This document shows positions 19,122 through 28,902 of a stretch of 64,000 nucleotides of DNA, piece after piece. How positions within the stretch are numbered: position 1 is the stretch's first letter; each line of letters begins with the position of its first letter. Below the pieces are notes generated by a model. The model was not told the DNA's origin. It saw only the letters and a program-made list of their open reading frames with translations, and searched no databases. A program made the position numbers and the translations under genes. This stretch comes from an uncultured Verrucomicrobiae bacterium. Its GTDB lineage: Bacteria; Verrucomicrobiota; Verrucomicrobiia; Chthoniobacterales; JAFAMB01. The DNA is taken from contig CAWBYX010000028.1 of assembly GCA_963793135.1 (NCBI GenBank), positions 32,765 to 96,764 on the forward strand. The letters run 5' to 3'.

Positions 19122-20017
19122 GGCGACCCTTTTTGCGCCTCGGCGCCGGCGGACGAGCTTTCGATCGAGGATATACTGGCCGTAGAGCACGACGTTATCC
19201 CACTCGATGGGGCTGACGTGTTCCAGCAGGGAGAGATCGATTCCATTGGCGATTGGGTCGCACTCACTCAGGACCCGGGAGATTTCGCACGCCTGCCAAT
19301 AGACGATGCACGCCAGGATCAGGTTCAGGCAGCTGCAGGTGTTCATCTGCTCCCACAGCTCGCGGGCGTTGATCCGGCCGCGTCGCCCGTAAAAGACGTC
19401 TCTGGCCAAGGCGTGGAGTTGCTCGACCTTGAGCAAGCCGCGCCGGATGCGTCGGCGCAGTTCCGGCTCGAGAGGTACTGGAGGATGAACTCGGTCTTGA
19501 AGATGCGCCCGAGATCCCGATTGGCGCGGTAGAACCGGTTCTTGGCGCTGAAGCCTACCAGGCGTTTAAGAGCCACTGACGCCGTGACGTGGCCGGTCTT
19601 GAGCGAGGCGTAGAGTTGACCCATGCGGTCCCAGTGCTCGGCGATCTGCTCGGTGTCGATGCTCTGATCGGCGCGCTTGATCAAAGACGCAAGCGAACCG
19701 TAGTCACGGTTGGGATCAATCCGGTAGATGCGCTGGTGCTGGACTCCTCGGATGCGCGGGCAGAAGCGCAAGCCCAGCATGGCGAAGGCGGCGAAGTTGA
19801 TCTCGGTATAGCCGTGGGTATCGGTGTAGTGCTCTTCGATCTCGAGCTCGCTCTCGTTGTAAAGCAAACCGTCTAGAACCCGGGATAAAATTGAGCGCTT
19901 GGCCAAGTTGTTACGCCGTTCAAATGCACAAGTGATCGACGAGTCGGTAGAGAGTATCCTGACCATGATGGATGATAGCAAAGTCCCTTTGCTCGTATTG
20001 GAGTTACGGCTGGCCAA
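19110..20017 (-). pseudogene. tnpA: Tn3-family transposase, C-terminal (DDE) block, frameshifted
   Basis: ...VLDGLLYNESELEIEEHYTDTHGYTEINFAAFAMLGLRFCPRIRG...FKTEFILQYLS, then a -1 shift near 19469 to EPELRRRIRRGLLKVEQLHALARDVFYGRRGRI...CLNLILACIVYW... Confidence 0.85.
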
Positions 20018-20579
20018 GACCTACGCCAAGCGTCCTACGCGCAAATCGAACTTACGGTAAAAATTCTCTCGAACTTTGCATTCCTACCGCCTGCTTATGT
20101 CAGTCAACAGCGGGACCATTTTTCCTTGAGGCCAATGGTTGCTCATCCAACGAGCAGAGACCACCGGGATCGACAAACGGCATTAAGGCCATCCTCATCT
20201 GCCTAGTTTAGCCAGTTCCGTCGGCGAATCGCGCTGGCAGTCTAGCGGACAAAAGCGGGCTCTAAGATCTTTCTGAGGGGGCACGCCTAAGGATGGAAAC
20301 AGAATATGGAAAGCTCCGAAGGGAACGCACGGCCGCGCGCGATGCTTCGGCGTTTGGCCAAGGAGGGATTGCGCCGCCGCTTCGGCGAGCGCCGGGACGA
20401 CCATGCAGCGCAGTTGGAAGAGGAACTGACGATCATCGATTTATCCTCGGCATGGCGAAACTAAGTTGGATTAGAGCATGGCCTCTTGATTCCCGGTAGG
20501 CAATTCGTCAGTCAGGATGGCCAACAAAATGCCGCTGCTTCGTTGGGGGATTTGGGCCGGACACCCCGGGCGCGAAGCC

Positions 20580-23000
20580 TTAGGGTTGGGGGGGCGGACC
20601 GAAGGAAACACGGTTCGCCTGGCTCGCGGGATCGACTTTCTGGTTTTCCAGCATGCCGCCGCGAATCTGGCCGGACACGGTCGTCTGCCCGGGAGCGTGC
20701 AGCTTGAAATCCACGTCCCAATCCTTCGGCCAGGCCGGCTCGAGATAGATTTTGTCGCCGTTGGTCTGCAGGAGCATTTCCTGGAGGGCGCTCATGGCGC
20801 TGCCGGCGTGGTTGAAGTCGGGGGTGTAATCGAAATTGGGACCCCAGAAAGTGGGAAAGCGCTGCTTCTTGGCGTCGGTCAGTTTCGTGACGACCATTGT
20901 TTTTGCCTCGTCAGTCAGGCCAAGATCGGCCACGAAAATGGCCGACTGATGCCAGCCGTTGACGCCCATCTGGGCGGAGCTGTCCGCGCCGAAATGCCAC
21001 GTATCGATGGCCGTCTGGAGATCCGGCTTTCCCACGCCGTACATGTGCCAGGGGAAGACGGGGTACATCTGGGAAAAGTCCTGGTTATATGCGCCACCGT
21101 TTTTATTGTTCATGCGATCCCAGGATTCCGCCGGGGCGATGACGTGATGGCCCTCCTTGTCGCGGAAGGGAAGGGGCGGCAGTTCGTTCAGGATACGCTG
21201 CCACCTCGCACGGTCGGCGGTTGTTCCGTAGGTGGAAGGCAGCGCCAGGAGTGACGTGAGGACGGTGTGAAGCGCCGCGATGACGTTGGCGGGGTTACGC
21301 GCATGCTTGTAGGTCTCGTTGCCCGAGGAAGGGTAAAGCACGAGATGACCGTTGGCGTCGACTTCCTGGCCGGTGAGCAGCTTGTTCTCGTAGCGGTAGT
21401 GCTCGTCCTGAAAATCGACGCAACTGTTGATCAACGGCAGGTAGCGGTTGATGTCCTGACCGGAGTAAAGCTGGGCGTCGAGAATCATCTGGCAGAACTC
21501 GAGCACGGTGTCAAAAAGCTCGGAGAGAAAGCCGTTTTTCATCGTGCCGATGTCCGGCGGAGTGGGGCGGGGACCGAGCCCGCGGTGACCGTAGGACATA
21601 TCGTAACCGTCTCCCACCGGCAGGCCGAAATTGGAGATCTGCTCCGTGAACATGGCTCCCCCGTGTCCCCAATAGGTCTGCGAGGCCACCTCGGCGTTGT
21701 GGAGCGGGCGCACATAGAACTCGAACTGAGGGGTCATCATGTCGAAATCGCCGCTCTTGAGCATGGGCCAGTAGACCAGCCGCTGGTTCTGCGCGGTGAA
21801 GCTGCCGCCGCCCCATGCGCGGAAATCGGGCGTGGGCTGGCACGTGCCATTCTTTCCCGTTAGCAGCTTTGCGTCCCAGGTGAAGAGCGAGCCGTTGAAC
21901 TTGGACGGGTATTCCCCGTAGGCATTGCAGCCCAGGGTGTAGCGGAAAATCTGGTAGTTCTTTCCTACCATCCAGCCTGGATCGGTTGGATTGGTTTGGC
22001 CAGGATTGATGAAGATGTAGCTCCGGTTCCAGAAGTCGCTCCACCAATCGAGGTTCTTTTTCCAAGCGACATCGTCGGGCACATCGGCGTGCACGATCTT
22101 GGAAATGCCGCCCTTCCAGTCCGCCACCGAGGGCGCCTGCGCGGTGTAGAAGTAGAGGCGGACTGATTGCGAGGTTTTCGCACTCCTGCTTTTCAGGCCC
22201 CACGCGGTAAAGGGTATACTCAGGTAGGTGCCCGTGGTCGTGCCAGCAGAGGCGAGGTCGTCGCCGGTCATGACGCCGCCAAAGGTCAAGTCCTTGAGGG
22301 GATTGGTCAGCTTGTCCTTAACGCTCTCAAGATTTTCCAGCTCGACGTCCTTGTCGAAGACGAGATCGGTGTTGTCGTTGCGGTGATACCAGAGCACCTG
22401 GGCTGGACCCGGTTCGATGGTGTCGGCATGCGTCCTCAACGGGATCAGGGCCGGGTCTGTCCTTAGAAAACTGAGGCACTGCATGCGCTCGTTGTAGCTG
22501 AGGGGATGGTCCGCAGTCCGCCAGGTCTCGTACCACGATTCCAAGTTCATGGGCTCTCCGCCTTGCACGTCGACGTGAACCACGGGGCGGCCCACCTCGA
22601 CCCAGAGCTTCACCGTGGCAGAGGCTGCGCCCGATGTTCCCTGGATTTCGATGTAGCCTTCCTTCAGCTTAAGTTCCTGGTGAAAGGTGCCGCCCGCGGC
22701 GAACGGATTCGGCGTGAGCTTGATTCGCACCCGGCCCAGCTTGAGCATCGTGTTGTTTTCGTCGAAGGTCCCGGAGCGGCTCATATAGAAGAGCAGTTCG
22801 CCGTTCTCGACCCAGACGTTCAGTCCGACGTCATGGCCGCCGCAAGGCATCGATTCGCTCGAGTCCTTGCTCGGGGTGGTCCAGACGACGTTGTAAGCAT
22901 CGAGGTTTTTCGCCTCGGCGTCAGGAAGGGACGCGGCGCGGCCGGCGCCGAGGCCCGTGGCGAGCGCTAACAGGAGGAGCAGGCAGCGGGAAGTCAGCAT
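20580..23000 (-). CDS. secreted glycoside-hydrolase-like protein (DUF5703 N-terminal domain type)
   Basis: Intact 806-aa ORF with a signal peptide. N-terminus YNVVWTTPSKDSSESMPCGGHDVGLNVWVENGELLFYMSRSGTFDENNTMLKLGRVRIKL matches my recollection of DUF5703-type GH-like proteins. Confidence 0.6.
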   Translation of the reverse strand: MLTSRCLLLLLALATGLGAGRAASLPDAEAKNLDAYNVVWTTPSKDSSESMPCGGHDVGLNVWVENGELLFYMSRSGTFDENNTMLKLGRVRIKLTPNPFAAGGTFHQELKLKEGYIEIQGTSGAASATVKLWVEVGRPVVHVDVQGGEPMNLESWYETWRTADHPLSYNERMQCLSFLRTDPALIPLRTHADTIEPGPAQVLWYHRNDNTDLVFDKDVELENLESVKDKLTNPLKDLTFGGVMTGDDLASAGTTTGTYLSIPFTAWGLKSRSAKTSQSVRLYFYTAQAPSVADWKGGISKIVHADVPDDVAWKKNLDWWSDFWNRSYIFINPGQTNPTDPGWMVGKNYQIFRYTLGCNAYGEYPSKFNGSLFTWDAKLLTGKNGTCQPTPDFRAWGGGSFTAQNQRLVYWPMLKSGDFDMMTPQFEFYVRPLHNAEVASQTYWGHGGAMFTEQISNFGLPVGDGYDMSYGHRGLGPRPTPPDIGTMKNGFLSELFDTVLEFCQMILDAQLYSGQDINRYLPLINSCVDFQDEHYRYENKLLTGQEVDANGHLVLYPSSGNETYKHARNPANVIAALHTVLTSLLALPSTYGTTADRARWQRILNELPPLPFRDKEGHHVIAPAESWDRMNNKNGGAYNQDFSQMYPVFPWHMYGVGKPDLQTAIDTWHFGADSSAQMGVNGWHQSAIFVADLGLTDEAKTMVVTKLTDAKKQRFPTFWGPNFDYTPDFNHAGSAMSALQEMLLQTNGDKIYLEPAWPKDWDVDFKLHAPGQTTVSGQIRGGMLENQKVDPASQANRVSFGPPPQP

Positions 23001-23615
23001 GCGACGTGGCGAGAGAGGTCGGAGGAGTGAGTGCAGCTGCCGGGTTGGGGATTTACAGGCATGCTTGAGGTTAACCCGAGGTTTGACGAGGAGTTCCTTT
23101 TCCGCTCATAGCTCGTCGATGCAACGAAATCGAGCTTGGTGTCGCGGCCGGACCGGTAATTTGAGGTGATGTCGGACCCGTTTTGCAGCCAGGTGCCCTT
23201 GCCGTCCCTCACCAGGGCGAACATCAGGTCGCCAAGAACGTGGCTCATGTTGCCGGCCTGACAGAGCGGCTTGTCGCCCGCCAGCACGATGGCGTAGATC
23301 TGGTTGCAATAGAGCGACCGGTTCGAATTTTTGGTGCCGTTGTTCGATACCTGCTCGATTGAAGTCGTCCCTGAGCTCCCTCCACTCGTTGTCAGGAATC
23401 ACGTCCTCGTAAATGATCGGTGTGAAGATGTGTACGTTCTCGCCGGAGTACGAAGACACCTGGCTTTTGCGATCTCGGAAGAACCTAACGTGCTCCTCGT
23501 CGAGCGATGAAAAAAGAGCGAGCGCGAATAGTGACTCCTCTGGAGACAGTTGGTTCTCGTTGCAGGCCGTAATCACTTCCGTCAGCCACTCGTGAACATT
23601 GAAGACGTAGAACAT
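22994..23615 (-). pseudogene. hypothetical protein, apparently frameshifted, translationally coupled to the GH-like gene
   Basis: Frame 1 reads MFYVFNVHEWLTEVITACNEN...DNEWRELRDDFNRAG (ATG at 23615). A second frame reads ...GTKNSNRSLYCNQIYAIVLAGDKPLCQAGNMSHVLGDLMFALVRDGKGTWLQNG... and ends in ATGCTGA, overlapping the GH start. Confidence 0.45.
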
Positions 23616-24206
23616 AGCTTGACTTCCGAGACATCGAAACCGTTCCCCTTGAGAACCAGAAAATTCCGAATTTTTCGGACTACAGGGCGGTTTTTCTGCG
23701 CGGAATCCTCGGAAGGATACGGAGATTATGCGTGCCAAACAAGGGAACCTTAATAGGGGACCCGCGTTTTGAAACGCGGGGAGGAGGCCGTTTATGGTGC
23801 GCCAAGAGAAGTCTGGGCGTTCTTGCTAAGTGAAAGGAATTAGCCATGTAAAAGAGTATCAAAGACATGTAGTCGGCCGAGCGGGCCACCGCGTAAGCGA
23901 TGGCACCGGAGCCTCGGAAGGCAAAGGTGCGAGCCGTAGCGAAAGCGAACTCGGAAACGGCCTCGAAAGGCAAATCGAGAGTGGTCAGGCTCCCATAAAG
24001 GATGAAACCAGAACCGCTTGGGAAGAATGATACCGAAAACGCCCAAGTGGACTAGTGGATTCTCCGGGGTGGAAGGAGACAGCGCGTACCGAAAGAACGA
24101 CCAGGAACTTGGGAGGCCCTGCAGTCCAGGAAACAGGGGAAGTGGGCTCCAGCCTGAGCCAGGAACAAATAACTGGAACGGGTGGACGGCGGGGAGTCGG
24201 ACGGGC

Positions 24207-24458
24207 CCGGAGCACCCCGACGTGGCCCTCAGCCTCAACAGTCTGGCGGTGCTCTACGACAACCAAGGTCAATACGCGAAGGCCCAGCCCTTTTACCAGC
24301 GGGCTCTGGCGATCCAGGAAAAGGCTCTGGGCGCGGACCACCCCAACGTGGCGACTTCCTTGGAAAACTTCGCGTCCTTGTTACGAGCTTTTGGCCGTCC
24401 GGAGGAAGCCGAACCACTAGAAGCTCGCGCAAAAGTCATTCGCGCTAAGAGTGCCTGA
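24207..24458 (+). pseudogene. TPR (TPR_12 / kinesin-light-chain-like) protein, 3' fragment
   Basis: EHPDVALSLNSLAVLYDNQGQYAKAQPFYQRALAIQEKALGADHPNVATSLENFASLL. There is no matching N-terminal part upstream. Confidence 0.6.
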
Positions 24459-25396
24459 TTGATTTGAATCCCGGGGCGAACCTGGGAGATAACCGTCCGC
24501 ACTTCCTCCGCACCTGAACGTCGAGTGCTTTTTCGGGCACGGGAAACTCCGCAAGCCGCTGAAGACTGCACCCCACCGTCGTTATTCTCGAAAAGTAAGA
24601 CATCACAAATCGATCATGCGAGCCGCTGGCTCTTGATTGTCACGACTCAGAGCGTCCCACCGCTCCGAATCTTGCGGGGTTAAGGCGAAGGGTAGGGGAA
24701 CCGCTTCGCGGTCATGTCATGACATCGGGCGTTTCAATCAACACGCGTCTCACGGTGTTTCAGGGATATCCACGTTGTAAATGGCCGAGCGGCCTGAGCT
24801 CCGTTACTCCGAAAACGGCGTGTGATCTCGACCGGAGCTCTGCAGGGTACAACCGGAACTGAATCCCGTACCCGCTAGTCCACAAAAGGTTATTTCCCTA
24901 CAGTTACCGTCCGAAACTCCCTTGAAGGGAGTCCGAGCGTCAGCTCGGATGGGAGCCGAACGGAAGTCGGACTCGATCGCCCGTACAGGTCGCGCTACGT
25001 GGGCCGCAGCGTCAGATCTAGCGCGTTTCTCGTTCCGGGAAGTGGGATGACAGCGGACTGTCCATCAAAACGCGGCAGCGGGCGTTTTAGGAGGTAACGA
25101 ACGGGTGGATCTGGGTTTATAAACCGATTCTACCCCCTCATCGATGGAATCGGTCAGCATGTCTGCTAGGTCCGACTTGATCTCGTTGTCGTAAGTTGTT
25201 AAAAAAGACAAGCGTCGGTTCAATCTCTGCTAGAGCAGCCACACGGCTCTCGACGTACTCAGGAATGATTCCGATTGGGACAAGGAGTCAGTTATCTGGC
25301 GACAGGTTCCAATGTACTCCTTTCAGGTGATACCTTCCTTGTTACTCCCTACAGGTAATACCTTCCTTGTGTCGATGGGAGTATTAGGTGTGCATC

Positions 25397-25966
25397 ATGA
25401 GATCATTAATAATTGCATTCCTTACGTTCTTTGGCCTAGTCCATGTAACTACCGCCATCCAGCTCCCTGTGACAAATGACGTCACCTTCGACATCAGTGG
25501 CACTTATCCGGCCAACACCACGAAGTCCCAACTTACCACTCCCAACGCGTCCTTCCTGATAGAATTCACGGTCAAGCAAGTCGTGCCAGCTAACCCGCCG
25601 AACGAGCCGTTTTACTTCGAAACGCCCGTCATTAATGCTTCCTACAGCTTTGAAGGCGTAACGCATTCCGCAACGGCCAACAGTTCATTCGGCCGAGCCG
25701 ATTCCGGTGGTAACACTGAGTCCCTCACACTGACCTTTGAGACCGGCACGTTCACGCTTTTCAGCATTGGGCCCGAACATATTCCGTACTTATCCACGCG
25801 GTTGGGTTCCAGCACTAATGCCGAGTTCCTGGTCGGCAACCTCGGACCAGGTACGAATTGGTACGTGAGCTACACCCCCAAGGGGGCAGCAAGTTTTTAC
25901 AACCCCGTAAGCGTGAACGAAGTCGTGAGTAGGCTGACTTCAGTTGTGATTCGGCCGTTGCCCTAG
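25397..25966 (+). CDS. secreted hypothetical protein
   Basis: Signal peptide MRSLIIAFLTFFGLVHVTTA. Thr/Ser/Asn-rich and lower in GC than its surroundings. It stops exactly at the junction with the Tn3 tnpA block. Confidence 0.55.
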   Translation: MRSLIIAFLTFFGLVHVTTAIQLPVTNDVTFDISGTYPANTTKSQLTTPNASFLIEFTVKQVVPANPPNEPFYFETPVINASYSFEGVTHSATANSSFGRADSGGNTESLTLTFETGTFTLFSIGPEHIPYLSTRLGSSTNAEFLVGNLGPGTNWYVSYTPKGAASFYNPVSVNEVVSRLTSVVIRPLP

Positions 25967-25969
25967 CCC

Positions 25970-27100
25970 GAGAAACTAGCGAGAAGCGCTGCCCGTCGCT
26001 TGCGGCGCTCTTGCCCTGACCCCAGCGTGCGGAGGTGTCGAGATCCGTGATCGCGCTCACCAATTCCGCCAAGGCGCTCCGCTGCGCCTCTTCGGTCAGA
26101 TGCCAGTCCCCGATCCGCTTGAGCTGCTCGTAAGTGACATTGGAGGTCAGCTGCGCCATCGTGTAGACGCCGAGGTTACAACCGTGCGCCATGACCGCGG
26201 CCAGCACGGCGCAGATGTCTTCAGGTGAAGGCTCCTCGCGCTGAGCGGGCGTGAGGAAATTGCGGGTAAAGCCAAGCTGATTGTCGACTTCGATCAGGAG
26301 GTCGGGCAGCTTCACGCGGCGCATCTGCTTTGCCAGCCAGGATTTGAGTCGGGCCAGACGATCTTGTTCCTCCTGGTCTCCAGCCGCGCGAACCGTTTAC
26401 TGTAGCGGACCGAGAGATTGCCGGCCTTTAGCTCGTCGCGCAGCTTGAGCAGCAGGGCGCACTCCCAGGCCCGCCGGTCAATCTCGCCGTGGTTGATGAC
26501 GATAGGCTTAAGGCGTTGCGGTAGGAAGTCGGTCGGCGCATCTACTGGTAGCTTGCGCAGTCCTGTTGCGTTCAGTTCCTTAAGCATCTGCAACGCACGT
26601 AGGCACGCGCTCGGTTCGCCCTCCATGTCCTGGGTTAACTCCAAGGCGTCGAGTAATGCCATCGTTTTGGGCCTGAGTGTGCGCGCGGGTCAGTAGCTTG
26701 TCGAACATATCGACCGTCTGATCGACAGCGTCGCGGTAGCTCTGCCACAGAAAGCAGACCAACGCCGCGTGACGGCGTGACTCGGCAAGCTCGCGCAAGC
26801 GAGTCACCGACGTCTTTCGCACCTGGTGGAACAGTGCCCGCTGGTAATTGCCGTTGAGCCACGACAGATCGACCCAAAGTACGCCCGTCGCTTCGATGAC
26901 CCTCAGTTTGTCGAGTAAAGTGAACATAGCGTCCACGGATGGCTTGCTGGGATTGGCTTTGATCGTCTGCAAGCCGGAGCTGTTTTCGTCCGGCGTGACC
27001 ACCAGCAGGTCCTCCAGCGTGCCCGCCAAGCCGTTCGGGACGGAAGCGGCGACCCGCCTAAAAATGTGCTCGCGTGCCCGGGAACGCTGCTCGCCGACTC
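25970..27100 (-). pseudogene. tnpA: Tn3-family transposase, N-terminal/middle block, multiple frameshifts
   Basis: Three overlapping minus-strand ORFs (26580-27029, 26312-26662, 25815-26324). The sequence reads ...SRRHAALVCFLWQSYRDAVD..., ...EIDRRAWECALLLKLRDELKAGNLSV..., ...LPDLLIEVDNQLGFTRNF...AVMAHGCNLG...ARWGQGKSAASDGQRFSL. Confidence 0.8.
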
Positions 27101-27188
27101 AAGCAACAACCGCCAGGTTCGAAAGTCTCGGTCCATTCATCTTTTTCTGAAGAGGACGAAAATTCGTAACCTGACAGTGCGCTTGCAG

Positions 27189-27269
27189 CGAAGTTATTCA
27201 CAATCCGGGGCCGCTCACGCTCGAAAGCCAGAAAAAGCGCTTTCGACCCCGGCTTATGAATAACTTCGG
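27189..27269. repeat. nested hairpin at the right edge of the mobile-element block
   Basis: 22-bp stem CGAAGTTATTCACAATCCGGGG / CCCCGGCTTATGAATAACTTCG with 2 mismatches. It encloses a second hairpin TCGAAAGC-N10-GCTTTCGA. Confidence 0.7.
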
Positions 27270-27394
27270 ACTAACTATAAGGACGAGGACGAGCACGAGC
27301 ACGAGGAAGAGTGGTTGGAGCGATTTGGAAGGGAGAAGAGGTTGCGTCATAGGCCGAGGGATGCGATGTGATTTTCCCATCTCATACCGCTTGA

Positions 27395-28886
27395 ATGCAG
27401 GAAGCAGCGCAAAACGCAAGAGGCAGCAACCCAGCCGCGGAAGGTCAAGGAACCGGAATTTTGCCGCTTCGTATTCTGATACCGTTGATCGTGGCGTGCG
27501 CGTTGTTCATGGAGAACCTCGATGCAACGGTTCTGTCGACTGCTTTGCCTGCGATCGCCCGCGACCTTCATCAGAGCCCGATTCAACTCAAGCTTGCGCT
27601 GACCTCTTACTTGCTGACACTTGCGGTTTTCATCCCCGCTTCCGGCTGGGTTGCCGACCGGTTCGGCACGCGGATCGTTTTTCGCCTGGCGATTTTGATC
27701 TTTGCACTTGGATCCGCGCTCTGCGGTTTCGCAAACTCCATCGGAACGCTCGTGGCGGCCAGGGCATTTCAGGGCATTGGCGGGGCGATGATGGTGCCGG
27801 TGGGCCGGTTGGTGATTTTAAGGACGATTCCCAGGTCGGAGTTTGTCGGTGCGCTGGCCTGGTTGACAATGCCGGCACTGCTCGGACCGGTGATGGGACC
27901 GCCCGTCGGCGGTTTCATCACCACCTATTTTCATTGGCGCTGGATATTTTGGATCAATTTGCCAATAGCCGTGCTGGGCATTGTGCTTGCGACCCTCTTC
28001 ATCCCCAATGTGCGGGGCGAAACCATCAGCCGGTTTGACTATTTGGGCTTTGTCTTGTCTGGAATTGGGCTTGCTGGACTGGTCTCAGGGTCCGCCGCCT
28101 TGGACGCTTCTGGCATCCCGCTCTGGATTGTCATCGGCCTCTTCCTGGTCGGTTCCGTGTCGGTGGCGCTTTACATCTTGCACGCTCGACGAACGGAAGC
28201 ACCTATTCTCGATCTCAAACTTCTACGATATCCGACGTTCAGGTCCGGAATCGTCGGGGGCTCACTTTTTCGGATCGGAGTGGGTGCTATGCCGTTGCTC
28301 CTGCCGCTCCAGCTGCAACTCGGTTTCGGAATGACGCCGTTGAAATCGGGCTTGTTAACCTTCGTGACTGCGATCGGTGCAATTGGGATGAAAACAGCCG
28401 TAGGAAAAATTCTGAAACGGTTTGGATTTCGTACCGTCCTGGTGTTCAACGCCATCGTCAGCGGCCTTATGATTGGTGCACCAGCGATCTTTACGCGGAT
28501 GACGCCGATCAGCGTGATGCTCTTGGTTCTCTTTGTCGGCGGCTTTTTCCGATCACTGCAATTCACCTGTATCAATGCGATCTGCGTTGCGGAGATTGAT
28601 CAGCCGGAAATGAGCCAGGCGACCAGTTTCACGAGCGCTTTTCAGCAGATAGCCCTGAGCCTCGGGATCACGGTTGGGGCGTCGATTCTCCAGCTTTCGC
28701 TGGCAATCCGTCACAGTGATACATTGAACGGTGGCGGACTTCGTGCCAGCATTTCTCCTCGTCGGATTCGTTTCGGCCATTTCGTTCCTAAGCTTTGCGC
28801 GCCTACCGAAAGATGCCGGCGAGGAAGTTGCCGGCCGAAAACGGCTGGCATCGGCGGCTGTGGCCGTCGCGAACGGAAGGAGCTGA
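27395..28886 (+). pseudogene. MFS transporter, DHA2 (EmrB/QacA-like, 14-TMS) family, +1 frameshift near the 3' end
   Basis: Multi-TMS ORF (FMENLDATVLSTALPAIARDL...). After ...AIRHSDTL the true C-terminus continues in the next frame as VADFVPAFLLVGFVSAISFLSFARLPKDAGEEV... and stops at 28884-28886. The shift is at about 28727. Confidence 0.8.
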
Positions 28887-28902
28887 AAGAGGCTCTCCTG
28901 GT

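Larger units (their letters stand above)
15103..27269. mobile_element. mosaic of decayed mobile elements (IS110, plasmid replicon, Tn3-family) next to tRNA-Arg
   Basis: See the individual features. No intact transposase, integrase or replication gene remains in this block. Confidence 0.6.

Noticed and set aside
20517-22970. Several 150-245-aa + strand ORFs (20517-21254, 21267-21863, 22506-22970).
   Set aside because: They are antisense shadows inside the intact 806-aa GH-like gene.
24940-24975. GAGCCGAACGGAAGTCGGACTC as a group II intron domain V.
   Set aside because: At 22 nt it is too short (34 nt expected). It has no GNRA loop or the typical bulge geometry. There is no GUGYG 5' end and no intron-encoded protein nearby.
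27213-27250. The second terminal inverted repeat of the Tn3-family element (reverse strand begins GGGGTCG...).
   Set aside because: Only the first 4-5 nt and a few inner positions match the left repeat at 19084-19121. The sequence is better explained as part of a nested hairpin.
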